Shown here: piece by piece, positions 13,972 to 26,377 of the stretch | Layout of the letters: each line of letters starts with the position of its first letter | Position numbering within the stretch: the first letter of the stretch is position 1 | From: an uncultured Candidatus Rokubacteria bacterium | GTDB lineage: Bacteria; Methylomirabilota; Methylomirabilia; Rokubacteriales; CSP1-6 | Reading direction: 5' to 3' | DNA: 64,000 nt | Assembly: GCA_963758635.1 (NCBI GenBank) | Contig: CAVWWD010000005.1 | Coordinates: 288,001-352,000, forward strand | Notes under the pieces: model-generated | Told to the model about the DNA's origin: nothing | Databases searched by the model: none | What the model saw: the letters and a program-made list of their open reading frames with translations, nothing else | Position numbers and translations under genes: made by a program

Positions 13972-14901
13972 TCAGCGTCCCCCCGCGGCGGACACCGCGC
14001 GCGCCCGGCCGACGGCGCGCGCTCGCGGGTGGAATCGCCGGTACATGTCGCGCACCGCGGCCGACGGCAGGTGCGTGTAGATCTGCGTCGTCGAGATGTC
14101 CGCGTGACCGAGCATGGCCTGCACCGAGCGCAGGTCGGCGCCGCGCTCGAGCAGGTGGCTCGCGAAGCAGTGGCGCAGCGTGTGCGGCGAGACGGGCACG
14201 CGGAGGCCGGCGCGTCGCGCCGCGCGCTTGAGGATGCCCCAGAGGGCCTGACGCGAGAGCGGCCGGCCCCGTGGATTCAGGAAGACCGTCCCCGGATCGG
14301 CGCGGCGCACGAGGGCAGGACGCGCGGTGCCGAGGTAGAAGCGCAGCCACGAGAGCGCCTGCGCGCCCACCGGGACGAGACGCTGGCGGCTGCCCTTCCC
14401 CGTGCAGACGACGTAGCCGGCGGGCACGTTGACGTCGTCCAGGCGGAGCGCGGTCAGCTCGGACGCGCGCATGCCGGTGGCGTAGAGCAGCTCGAGCATC
14501 GCGCGGTCGCGGAGCCCGTCGGGCCGCGTGGTGTCCGGGCTCTCGACGAGCGCGACGACGTCGTCCACCGACAGCGTCCGCGGCAGCCGCCGCGTCGCGC
14601 GCGGCCGCTCGACGTGCTCGGTGGGATCGCGCGCGAGCCCGCCTTCCTCGACGAGGAACCGGTAGAGGCCGCGGATCGCCGAGAGACGGCGGCCCGCCGA
14701 GCGCGCCGCGAGCCCGCGGCGCCGGAGCGAGGAGAGGTACTCGGTCACGTCGGTCATCGAGGCGACGCCGACGCCGCAGCGGCGTCCGGCGAGGAAGCGC
14801 TCGTAGTCGGCGAGGTCGCGACGGTAGGCGAGCAGGGTGTTGCGGGAGGCCCCCCGCTCCACCTGGAGGGCCCCGAGGAACTCCGCCACCTCCGCCATCA
14901 C
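13972..14901 (-). CDS. xerD: Site-specific tyrosine recombinase XerD
   Basis: LRDRAMLELLYATGMRASEL, GKGSRQR, SPHTLRHCFASHLLERGADLRSVQAMLGH, TTQIYTH. Confidence 0.92.
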   Translation of the reverse strand: MMAEVAEFLGALQVERGASRNTLLAYRRDLADYERFLAGRRCGVGVASMTDVTEYLSSLRRRGLAARSAGRRLSAIRGLYRFLVEEGGLARDPTEHVERPRATRRLPRTLSVDDVVALVESPDTTRPDGLRDRAMLELLYATGMRASELTALRLDDVNVPAGYVVCTGKGSRQRLVPVGAQALSWLRFYLGTARPALVRRADPGTVFLNPRGRPLSRQALWGILKRAARRAGLRVPVSPHTLRHCFASHLLERGADLRSVQAMLGHADISTTQIYTHLPSAAVRDMYRRFHPRARAVGRARAVSAAGGR

Positions 14902-15095
14902 GGACGCTGCGTGGCGGGTCGAGGCGGGGAGCCTGGGTGCGGGGACCGCGCGGGCGCCGGCCGCGCGGGGCCGGACGTGACGACGCCCCGGCGGTGGCGC
15001 TCTCGACTGCTGCGGCCGGCCACGGCCAGGGCGCGCTCTTCGTACGGCAGGGGCATGGGGAAGTCTATCACCCGCTCCAGCGCGAAGGCAAGGCG

Positions 15096-15173
15096 TGAGC
15101 CCCGCGCATCAGACCAATGCCGAGCGGTGGGACTGTAGAGGCCCGTGGCGGTTACCGCACTCTGCGAGGGTCA
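15096..15173 (+). mobile_element. ~78-bp MITE-like element, copy 2
   Basis: tgagccccgcgcatcagaccaatgccgagcggtgggactgtagaggcccgtggcggttaccgcactctgcgagggtca. Confidence 0.85.
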
Positions 15174-16735
15174 GCGCGGTCGCCGCGACGGAGCATCGCG
15201 CGCAGGTCGGCGATCTCCGGCGCGCGCAGCGCCGCCGCCGTGACGAGGAAGAGCGCGAGGCCGCCCGCGATCGCCGCCGCGGTGACGCCGAGCGTGCCGA
15301 GCATGCCGCTTGCGGCCGGCGCGAGCCAGAGGCACCAGGCGGCGAGCGGCACGCTGGCCGCGAGCGTCCGCGCGAGCGACCACGTGAGGGCGGCCCCGTC
15401 GAGCGGGCCGACCCGGCGACCGAGCATCCAGAGGAGACCGGCCAGGCTCACGTAGGACGACAGCGAGGAGGCCAGCGCGAGCCCGGCGTGCTCGAGCGGC
15501 CGCATCAGCACCAGCGCGAACATCACGTTCGCGGCGACGGCGAGGAACCCGACGCGCACCGGCGTCCGCGTGTCGCCGATCGCGTAGAAGGCCTGGGCCA
15601 CGATGCGCGTGGCCGAGAAGGCGGGGAGGCCGACGGCATAGCCGGCGAGGGCCTGCGCGGTGGCCGCGGCGTCGGCGGCGGCGAACTGCCCGCGCTGGAA
15701 CAGGAGCTCCACGATGGGCCGCCCGAGGGTGAGGAGGCCGGCGGTGGCGGGCACGGCGACGAAGGCGGAGAGGCGGAGCGCGAAGCCCACCGTCTCGGCG
15801 AGCCCGCGCCGGTCGCCCCGCGCGGCCTGCGCGGACATGCCGGGCATGACCGCGGTGGCCAGCGCGATGCCGAACACGCCGAGGGGGAACTCCATCACGC
15901 GGTCGGCGTAGTAGAGGAACGAGATCGCGCCACGCGGCAGGAGGGACGCGAGGAACGTGTTCACGAGCACGGTGATCTGCACCGCGGCGAGGCCGAAGGC
16001 CGCGGGTCCCAGCCGGCGCGTGACGGTCACGAGGGCGGGATGGCGCCACTCCCCCGAGGGCGTGAGGGGCAGGCCGAGCCGGCGGATCTCCGGCACCTGC
16101 ACGAGGAGCTGGCCGAGGCCGCCCACGAGCACGCCCACGGCGAGGGCCATCACGGGCGGCTCGAAGTGGCGGGCGAGGAGCAGCACCGACGCGATCATGC
16201 CCACGTTCAGCACCGCGGGCCCGAGCGCCGCGGTGAAGAAGCGCCGGTGCGTGTTGAGGATGCCGGCGGCGAGGGCGGCGAGCCCCACCAGGATGAGGTA
16301 CGGGAACATCAGCCGCGTCAGACGCACGGCCAGGCCCAGGAGCGACGGATCGGTCGTCCAGCCCGGCGTCATCACCGCGACGATCCACGGCGCCAGCGCC
16401 ATCCCGAGCGCGGTCACGAGACAGAGGGTGAGCGTGCCGGCGCCGAGCACGGCGCGGAGCATCCGGTCGAAGGCGTCGCGGCCGCCGCGGACGAGGTGCT
16501 CGGTGAAGACGGGGATGATCGCGGTGGACAGCGCGCCCTCGGCGAGGAGCCGCCGGAGGAGGTTCGGGATGCGGAACGCCACGAAGAAGGCGTCGGTGGC
16601 CGCGCCGGCGCCGAAGGCCCGCGCCACCACCATGTCCCGCACGTAGCCGAGGACGCGGCTCGCCAGCGTGGCGAGCCCGATGCTCCCCACCGCCGACATC
16701 ACGCCCGCGTTCGCCTCGCGCGAGCCGTCGCTCAT
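15152..16735 (-). CDS. murJ: Lipid II flippase MurJ
   Basis: SRVLGYVRD, DAFFVAFRIPNLLRRLLAEGA, YYADRVMEFPLG, FYAIGDTRTP. Confidence 0.96.
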   Translation of the reverse strand: MSDGSREANAGVMSAVGSIGLATLASRVLGYVRDMVVARAFGAGAATDAFFVAFRIPNLLRRLLAEGALSTAIIPVFTEHLVRGGRDAFDRMLRAVLGAGTLTLCLVTALGMALAPWIVAVMTPGWTTDPSLLGLAVRLTRLMFPYLILVGLAALAAGILNTHRRFFTAALGPAVLNVGMIASVLLLARHFEPPVMALAVGVLVGGLGQLLVQVPEIRRLGLPLTPSGEWRHPALVTVTRRLGPAAFGLAAVQITVLVNTFLASLLPRGAISFLYYADRVMEFPLGVFGIALATAVMPGMSAQAARGDRRGLAETVGFALRLSAFVAVPATAGLLTLGRPIVELLFQRGQFAAADAAATAQALAGYAVGLPAFSATRIVAQAFYAIGDTRTPVRVGFLAVAANVMFALVLMRPLEHAGLALASSLSSYVSLAGLLWMLGRRVGPLDGAALTWSLARTLAASVPLAAWCLWLAPAASGMLGTLGVTAAAIAGGLALFLVTAAALRAPEIADLRAMLRRGDRADPRRVR

Positions 16736-16763
16736 CGGAGGCGCTCCGGAAGGGACAAACTCC

Positions 16764-16792
16764 TTGACACCCTCAGCATCGCCCAGTAACGT
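16764..16792 (+). promoter_or_regulatory. Sigma70-type promoter for rpsT
   Basis: TTGACA-N17-TAACGT upstream of an AAGGAGG RBS. Confidence 0.6.
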
Positions 16793-16851
16793 CAGGGGTC
16801 GGCTCGAAGAACATCACGCCGAAGTTCATCACGCCAAGGAGGAGCATCACC

Positions 16852-17121
16852 GTGGCCAATACCCGATCCGCCATCAAGCGGATAAAGACGAGCGAGAAGC
16901 GGCGAGTCCGCAACCGCTCCATCCGGAGCAACGTCCGCACGGCGACGCGGAGCGCGCGGGCCGCGGTGGAGTCCAAGGCCGCTGGCGCCCCGGCCAGCCC
17001 CGAGGCGACCGCGGCGGTCCGCGCGGCGATGCGGGCCATCGACAAGGCGGTCAGCCGCGGCGTCCTCCATCGCAACACCGCCGCCCGCCGCAAGTCCACG
17101 CTCGCCCGCACGCTCAACTGA
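16852..17121 (+). CDS. rpsT: 30S ribosomal protein S20
   Basis: MANTRSAIKRIKTSEKRR...IDKAVSRGVLHRNTAARRKS. Confidence 0.97.
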   Translation: MANTRSAIKRIKTSEKRRVRNRSIRSNVRTATRSARAAVESKAAGAPASPEATAAVRAAMRAIDKAVSRGVLHRNTAARRKSTLARTLN

Positions 17122-17203
17122 CCAGCCCGCATCATCGCGCATGACCGTGGACCTCGAGCAGGCCGCTGGGCCGCCGAGCCTGTTCATGCATCGGTCGGAC
17201 TCA

Positions 17204-17280
17204 TGACCCTCGCAGAATGCGGTAACCGCCACGGGCCTTTACAGTCCCACCGCTCGGATTGGTCTGATGCGCGGGGCTCA
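17204..17280 (-). mobile_element. ~78-bp MITE-like element, copy 3 (reverse orientation)
   Basis: tgaccctcgcagaatgcggtaaccgcc...gcgcggggctca|cgag. Confidence 0.85.
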
Positions 17281-18603
17281 CGAGCCGCCCCGGCGGCCGT
17301 CGGCCAGGCCGCGCAGCAGGGCGATGGCCGCGTCGCGGATCGTCTCCCCTCCTCGCTCCCCGTAGAGGCTCGCGCACGCGACGTAGCTCGGCCGGTCGAA
17401 CGCGTCCGGCGCGAGGAAGTAGCCATGGTAGTCGTTGGACACGCCGGCCACGAGCACGCCCGCGAAGCGGCTCCGTCCCGACGCCTTGATGTCCTGGCCG
17501 AGGCGCGTCTGTAGCTCCCCCGGGATGGTGACCCACGCGGTGCGCCCGAGCACGCCGGCCACCAGCTCGATGGGCGGGCGCAGCGCGTCGCCCAGCCCGA
17601 CGTAGAGCCAGCGCGGGACCAGGCGGCCCAGGCAGTTCCGCACGCGCACCGCGGCGGGCGGCAGCGTCGCCTGCCCCGCGAGCACGGCGAGGCGCGCCTC
17701 GGCCTCCGGCGCCACCTGGTCCCACGCGGCGAGCGCGGCGGTCGACAGCGCGAGGCCGGCCTCGCGCACGCCGCTCCAGCCGTGGCGCACCGGGCTCACG
17801 TCGCCCACCGCGCCGTTCACGAACAGGGCGGGCGCGTCCAGCCGCCGCTCGATGCGCGCCGAGGCGTCGGCCATGAGGTCTCCCGAGATCAGGCGGTTGG
17901 CCTTCCCCAGCGCCGTGCCGTGGATCGCGTAGTTCCACAGCATCGCGACCGGCCGGCCGTCCGTCGTGACCACCTTGACCAGGGCGAGCTCCGGGTCGAG
18001 CGGCGCGCCTACCCGGCTCCGGGCCAGCCCCGTCACGTCGACGCGTCCCGATCCGACCAGGGCGGGCGCCTTCCGCGCCTCCGCCTCGCGCGCCGCGCGC
18101 TCGAGGCCGTCGAGAATTCGCGCGCGCACGTCGACGGAGAGCCGGTCCAGCGCGATCAGCGAGAACAGCGCCGAGCGCCCGAAGGCCCCGGGGCCCGAGT
18201 GGGTGTGCGACGCGGACACGATCACCGCCGCGTACTCGTGGCCCGCGCGCGCCAGGCGCTCCCGCAGCTCGGCGGTGAGCGCCGGATCGATCCCGACGAG
18301 ATCGACGGTGAGCCACAGGACGCGCGTCGCGTCGCCCTCGACGGCGAGGGCCCGCGCGCGCGGGGCGTCGTGAACGCCCCTGGACGGCCGGAACCAGAAC
18401 GCCGGCCCGCCACCGAACAGGCGCGGGAACCACGCGCGCCGCGGAAACCCGCCGTAGCCCGCCAGCGGCGTGCCCTCGGGCAGCCCGATCTCCACCGAGG
18501 CCGAGCCGGCAGAGAGCGCGGACGCCGGGCCGGGGCCCACGGCCAGCGTGGTCGCCGCGGCGAGGAGGAACGCGCCGAGGCCGCGCCGTCGCCGACCGGT
18601 CAC
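17278..18603 (-). CDS. Secreted neutral/alkaline ceramidase-like hydrolase
   Basis: Signal peptide from GTG 18603; PLAGYG, SASHTHSGPG, NYAIHGT, NGAVGDVSP, IPGEL, SNDYHGY motifs. Confidence 0.75.
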   Translation of the reverse strand: MTGRRRRGLGAFLLAAATTLAVGPGPASALSAGSASVEIGLPEGTPLAGYGGFPRRAWFPRLFGGGPAFWFRPSRGVHDAPRARALAVEGDATRVLWLTVDLVGIDPALTAELRERLARAGHEYAAVIVSASHTHSGPGAFGRSALFSLIALDRLSVDVRARILDGLERAAREAEARKAPALVGSGRVDVTGLARSRVGAPLDPELALVKVVTTDGRPVAMLWNYAIHGTALGKANRLISGDLMADASARIERRLDAPALFVNGAVGDVSPVRHGWSGVREAGLALSTAALAAWDQVAPEAEARLAVLAGQATLPPAAVRVRNCLGRLVPRWLYVGLGDALRPPIELVAGVLGRTAWVTIPGELQTRLGQDIKASGRSRFAGVLVAGVSNDYHGYFLAPDAFDRPSYVACASLYGERGGETIRDAAIALLRGLADGRRGGS

Positions 18604-18643
18604 GCGAGGGGGGGACAGGGGCGCCAGCGTGGCGCGAGGACGG

Positions 18644-18835
18644 ACACGCGCGATGTCACCCGCGGAGCGGGCGCTGACGGCGGTGCGTGGAAGAAGGGCG
18701 GGACGACGCACACGCGAGATGTCACCCGCGGGGCCGAAGCTGATTGCGGTGCGTGGAAAAAAGACGCGAGGCCGCACACGCGCGATGTCACCCGTTTGGG
18801 CCGAAGCTGGCTGCGGGGCGTGGAAAAGGGGCACA
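18644..18835. repeat. Three degenerate 66-bp tandem repeats
   Basis: acacgcg(c/a)gatgtcacccg at 18644, 18710 and 18776; period exactly 66. Confidence 0.85.
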
Positions 18836-19820
18836 CAGCTCCGAGACGAGGAGCGCCAGCTCGGCGCGGGGCGCGCCCCCGGACTTGAGGCGCCGCTCGA
18901 CGTCCCAGCACAGCTCCAGGCGGCGCCGGGCCGCCTCGGCCGGCGTGGACTGCGCGAGCGTCATCACCGCGGCCACCCCCGCGGGCGGTCGCCGCAGGGC
19001 GCGCCCGATCTCGTCGGCGGGCCGCCCGCGCCGGAGCGCGTCCGACGCCTGCCACACCGCGCGCGTCTCGCGGACGATCATGCCGAGGATGGCGAGCGGC
19101 TCCTCGCCGGCGTTCAGGAGCTGGCCGAGCACGGCGAGCGCTCCCGCGCGATCGCGCCGCTCGAGGGCGCGCGTGAGGTCGAAGACGTGCCGGAGGCGGT
19201 GCTCGCCGACGACGGCGCGCACCTCGTTGACGGTCACGCGCCGGTTCTGGGCCCCGCCCGCCACCGCCGCCTTCTCGACCTCGCCGCAGAGCGTCGTGAG
19301 GTCGTCCCCCACGAGCTGGACGAGCAGGCTCGCCGCGTCCTCGCCGAGCTCGAGCCCGTCGGCGGCCGCGCGCGCGCGGAGCCAGCTCACCACCGCGCGC
19401 CCCACCGGACGCGGCAGGCTCACCACGCCCGCGGCGGGAACGGCTCGCGCCAGCCAGTGGCTCCCGGGCAGCTCCTGCTCGACGAGGAACAGCAGGACGG
19501 TGGCGGGGTTCGGCGCCGCGACGTAGGCCACGAGCGGCTCGGCCTGCTTGGGGCCCAGGCCCTCGGCCCCCCGCACCGCGACGAGGCGCCGCGGAGCGAG
19601 GAACGGCATGGTCAGGGCGGAGCGCGCGATCGCCTCGGCGCCCGCCTCGCGCGCCTCCAGGACCTCGCGCGAGAGCGTCGGCGTCCGCGCCCTCCGGGAA
19701 CAGGGCGCGCGTGACGCGGGCGAGCGCATCGTCGAGGAGCAGCGGCTCGGGCCCCGCGAGGAGCAGCACGGGCGGAAGATCGCCGCGCTCCACGAGCTTC
19801 ACGAAGGCCCCGTGGTCCAT
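18788..19820 (-). CDS. holA: DNA polymerase III delta subunit; frameshift near 19685
   Basis: LPPVLLLAGPEPLL (N-terminal frame), TMPFLAPRRLV, GEEPLAILGMI, DVERRLKSG; leuS-lptE-holA synteny. Confidence 0.87.
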
Positions 19821-19827
19821 CGGGCGG

Positions 19828-20369
19828 CTAGAACCGGTCGATGGCGAGGGCGGCGATCCGGCGGCCGATCACCGCCGCCGCCTCTCGCACCGCGCCCTCC
19901 TCGCGTCCGATGGTCGCGCTCGCCGTGCCCGCCTGGCCGACGACGCGGAAGTCGCCCCGCTCCTGCAGCCCGTCCTGCTGCCAGAGGAACCCGCCGCGCC
20001 GCACGTCGCGGAAGCGCACGTTCAAGGTCACGAGGAGCCGGTACTCCTGGATGTTGAGCTGGCGATCGTAGGCGAGCGCCTGGAGCGCGTAGCCGACGAT
20101 CTCCCCCTCGAGGACCGAGTCGGCCTCGGCGAGGGGCACGACCCTGAGGCGGCCGGCGCTCGAGAACGCGTCGACCACCGCGGCGGTGATCGTGCTCTCG
20201 ACGGCGGGCTCCTGGGTGCGGTTCACGAAGATCGGCACGGCGACGGTCTTGACGTGGGACGGCAGGTTGCCCTGGAAGCTGTAGCCGCAGGCGCCGAGGG
20301 CGAGCGCGACGGCCGCGAGGAGGGCCGCGAGCCGCTCCCCGCCGCGGGGCCGGCCGCGTCCGGCGCCCG

Positions 20370-20373
<4 letters not shown>
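19828..20373 (-). CDS. lptE: LPS assembly lipoprotein LptE family
   Basis: Lipobox [17 protein letters not shown]; lies between leuS and holA. Confidence 0.85.
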
Positions 20374-22871
<2,498 letters not shown>

Positions 22872-22976
22872 ATTCGGCCGATTCTAACCGCGGTTACGAC
22901 GAGGACGCAAGGAACCGGGGGCGCAACGGCTCCCCGGGGACCGCCGAGCCGCCGGTCCCCGGGGGAAGCGACGCGG

Positions 22977-23225
22977 CTACTTCTTCTTCAGCGCGAGGTT
23001 GATCGCCTTGGCGGCGTCCTCCATCTTGGCCACCGACTCGGCGTGCTTGCCCTCCTTGTGCAGCTTCTCGCCCTCGGAGGCGAGCTCCATGGCCTTCTTG
23101 GAGTTCGCGTCGGTCTTCCCGGCCGTGGCGTCCTGGATCTGCTTCAGGAGCAGCGGGCACTGGAAGGCGAAGGCGGGGCCGGCCACGAGGCCGACCAGCG
23201 CGAGCGCCATCACGAGCATCTTCAT
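22977..23225 (-). CDS. Small secreted helical protein of unknown function
   Basis: 82 aa, signal peptide (…GPAFA|FQCP), strong AAGGAGGTG RBS, typical codon usage. Confidence 0.8.
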   Translation of the reverse strand: MKMLVMALALVGLVAGPAFAFQCPLLLKQIQDATAGKTDANSKKAMELASEGEKLHKEGKHAESVAKMEDAAKAINLALKKK

Positions 23226-23261
23226 GCGGTCACCTCCTTTCGCGAGCGGAATTCACCACGT

Positions 23262-25101
23262 CTAACCTTCGATGGGGCCGGACGGTTCCGCCGGCGCCTC
23301 CGGAGCCGGGTGGAAGAAATCATAGATCCGCTGCGCGAGCTTCGGCGTGATCTTCGGCACGGCGGCGAGCTCGCCCACCGATGCCGCCCGGACACCTCGC
23401 GCGGAGCCGAGCGTCTTCAGGAGCTGCGTGCGGAGGGTCGGCCCCACGCCGGGGATCTGGTCGAGGATCGAGCTGATCGTCCGGCGCTGGCGGAGCTTCT
23501 TGTGGTACGTGATCGCGAAGCGGTGCGCCTCGTCGCGGATCCTCTGCAGCGTGTGCAGGGCGGGCGAGCCCAGGTCCAGCACGAGCGGGGCGAGCCGATC
23601 GGGCGTGTACACCTCCTCCGCGCGCTTGGCGAGCGAGGCGATCGGCACGTAGTCGAGGCCGAGGCCCTCGAGGGCCTTGATCCCGGCGCTGAGCTGCCCG
23701 CGCCCCCCGTCGAGGAGGACGAGGTCGGGAAGCACGCCGTCGGCCTCGAGGGCCCGCGAGTAGCGTCGCGTGAGCACCTCCTGCATCGAGGCGAAGTCGT
23801 CCGTGCCCGTCACCGTCCGGATCTTGTAGCGCTTGTACTCGTCCTTCTTCATCTCGCCGGCCACCCACACCACCATCGAGGCCACCGTCTCGCTGCCCTG
23901 GATGGTCGAGATGTCGAAGCACTCGATGCGGTTGGGCGGCTCGGGCAGGCCGAGCGCCCGCTGGAGCTCGGCCTGGACGGCCTGGTGGCGGTTCTCGCGC
24001 GCGAGCAGGTGGTTCTGGAGGGCAAGCGCGGCGTTCTCCTCCACCATGGCCACGAGCTCGCGGCGGCGCCCGCGCTGCGGGACCTGCACGTCGACGCGGC
24101 CGCCGCGGCGCTGGCGGAGCCACTCCAGTGTGAGCTCGGCGTCGGCCATCTCCACGGACAGGAGCACCTCGGGCGGCGGCGCCACGCTCTTGCCGTAGAA
24201 CTGCCGCACGAACGCGCCCACGATCTCCCCGTCGCTCGACGCGCCCACGCGGTCGAAGAAGAAGGACTCGCGCCCGAGGAGCCGGCCCTTGCGCACGAAG
24301 AAGAGCTGCACGCAGGCGTCCCCGCCCTGGCGGACGAGGCCCACAACGTCCTGGTCCGTCTCCTCCGTGGAGATGATCTTCTGCCGCTCGCGCACGGTGT
24401 TGAGGGCCTGGATGCGGTCGCGCAGCACCGCGGCCTGCTCGAACCTCGTGTCGGCGGCCGCCGCCTCCATCTCCCGCGTGAGCTCCTTGGCGAGGTCGTC
24501 GTCCTTGCCCTCCAGGAAGCGCCCGAACGTCGCGCACCGTCTTCCCGTAGCCCTCGGCGGTCTCCTGCCCCGTGCACGGCGCGTTGCAGCGGTGGATGAA
24601 GTACTGGATGCACGGCCGCTCGAGGCCGCCGTCGATCTTGATGCGGCAGGTGCGCAGCGGGAAGAGCTGGCGGGCGAGCCGCAGCGTCTCGCGCATGGCC
24701 GTGGCCGGGTAGAACGGCCCGAAGTACGCGGCGCCGTCCTTCTGCACCCGGCGCGCCACCACGAGGCGGGGGAACGCCTCGTCGGTCGTGAGCTTGAGGA
24801 ACGGATAGTGCTTGTCGTCCCGCAGGATGATGTTGTAGCGGGGCCGGTGCTTCTTGACCAGGTTCGACTCGAGGATGAGGGCCTCGAGCTCGTTGTCGGT
24901 GACGATGTAGTCGAGGTCGCGGATCTGGGCGACGAGGGCGTCCGTCTTCGGGTCCCGCGCGCGCGAGTCCTGGAAATACGAGCGTACGCGGCTTCGGAGC
25001 GACGCCGCCTTGCCGACGTAGACGATCTGGCCCTTCGTGTCCTTGTAGAGGTACACGCCGGGCCGATCGGGCACCCGGTCGAGCTTCTCCTCGAGGGTCA
25101 T
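23262..25101 (-). CDS. uvrC: Excinuclease ABC subunit C; frameshift near 24530
   Basis: GIY-YIG PGVYLY..YVGKA, PRYNIILRDDK, RIECFDIS, LLDGGRGQ, RIRDEAHRFA, HhH. Confidence 0.95.
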
Positions 25102-25123
25102 GCCCGCATTCTCCGTCGCCGGG

Positions 25124-25537
25124 TCAGTCGATGCTACCGGCCAGCACCACCCACTGGCAGGGCTGGCCCGTCACGCGGCTGATCACGTCGAAATCGGCGT
25201 CGTAGTGGAGTACGGCGAGGCCGCCGATCTCGGCGGCCGCCGCGACGAGGAGGTCGGGCACCTTGCGCCCCCGGAGTCCGCGGGAGGCGAGCAGGCGCTG
25301 GACCTGACGCGCCCGCCGGAGATGCGCGGCGTCGGTCTCTATGAGCGGGAAGGCCTCCAGCGCCGAGGCCAGGCGGGTCCACTCGGCGAGGTTCCGGGCG
25401 GAGAAGCCGATCTCGAGGTCCGAGATGCCCGCGCGAGCCACCTGGCCGGCGGCCGCGAGTGGCTCGAGGGTGGTCCGCACGGCCGCGCGGCCGAGCCGCG
25501 TGAGGACGCTGGTGTCGACGAGGTGGGTCAGCGCCAC
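25124..25537 (-). CDS. vapC: VapC-type PIN domain toxin
   Basis: HLVDTSVL, ISDLEIG, VPDLLVAAAAE, VLHYDADF. Confidence 0.88.
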   Translation of the reverse strand: MALTHLVDTSVLTRLGRAAVRTTLEPLAAAGQVARAGISDLEIGFSARNLAEWTRLASALEAFPLIETDAAHLRRARQVQRLLASRGLRGRKVPDLLVAAAAEIGGLAVLHYDADFDVISRVTGQPCQWVVLAGSID

Positions 25538-25722
25538 GCGGACGCCCGATCCCGCAGCCGGGCCCGGGCGAGCGTCTCGAGGGCCCGAACGACCCGCCGG
25601 TCGCGACGCGCCCCCGCGCGCCGGAGGGCCTCGTTGACGGTGTCCTTCAGGGTGCGCGTTCCCAGCTCGGCTCGAGCCGCCGCCAGGGCCCGGTCGTCGA
25701 TGTCCACCAGACGCTTGGCCAC
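25528..25722 (-). CDS. vapB: VapB-type antitoxin
   Basis: MAKRLVDIDDRALAAARAELGTRTLKDTVNEALR; overlaps the PIN gene. Confidence 0.85.
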   Translation of the reverse strand: MAKRLVDIDDRALAAARAELGTRTLKDTVNEALRRAGARRDRRVVRALETLARARLRDRASAWR

Positions 25723-25847
25723 GGGGGGAGGATATCACGAGCGTGACTCGTATATCCTGCCGCGCCGCCCGACGGGGCGATCGCGCCAGGACGCCCCTTC
25801 CGATCGGAGACGTCCTGCCCGATACTGGTCCGGTGCTTCCGCCAGAG

Positions 25848-26333
25848 GTGCGCGCCCTGACGCCGGCCGACCGCGACGCCGCGCTCGCCGTGATCAACAC
25901 GGCCGCGCGATGGTACCGGGACTTCCTGCCCCCCGACGCGGTGCACGGCCCCGAGATGACGGCGGCCCAGTGGGAGGCCGAGGCGGGGCGGCTCGCGTGG
26001 TACGGGGTCCTCGTCGACGGCGCGCTCGTCGGGGTCGGCGCCCTCCAGCGCGTCCGCGACGCCGCGCTCCTCCGCCACGGTTACGTGCTCCCGGAGCATC
26101 AGCGCCGGGGCGTGGGCGCCGTCCTGCGCGAGCACCTCGAGCGCCAGGCGCGAGGCGCACGCCGGATCGTCGTGGGCACCTACGCGGGGAACTACAAGGC
26201 TCGAGGCTCGCTGGAGAAGGCCGGTTACCGGCTGTGCGCCGATTCGGAGGCGGTCCTCCGTAGCTACTACGAGATCCCGGAGGATCGGCTCACCGCGTCG
26301 GTGGCGTACGAGAAGGGCGCGCGCGGGTCCTGA
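25848..26333 (+). CDS. GNAT family acetyltransferase
   Basis: YVLPEHQRRGVG motif A, LEKAGY. Start uncertain (ORF is open from 25743). Confidence 0.8.
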   Translation: MRALTPADRDAALAVINTAARWYRDFLPPDAVHGPEMTAAQWEAEAGRLAWYGVLVDGALVGVGALQRVRDAALLRHGYVLPEHQRRGVGAVLREHLERQARGARRIVVGTYAGNYKARGSLEKAGYRLCADSEAVLRSYYEIPEDRLTASVAYEKGARGS

Positions 26334-26377
26334 CGCGGCCCCCGCTCGTCACGGTGCGGCGAGGCGCCGGCCGCGCC

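Noticed and set aside
13972..14901. Phage or island integrase
   Set aside because: It has XerD-specific motifs, sits in a housekeeping context, and has no att sites or cargo.
14898..15056. Short minus-strand ORF MPLPYEERALAVAG… upstream of xerD
   Set aside because: Low-complexity Arg/Pro content with no recognisable motif; cannot be supported as a gene.
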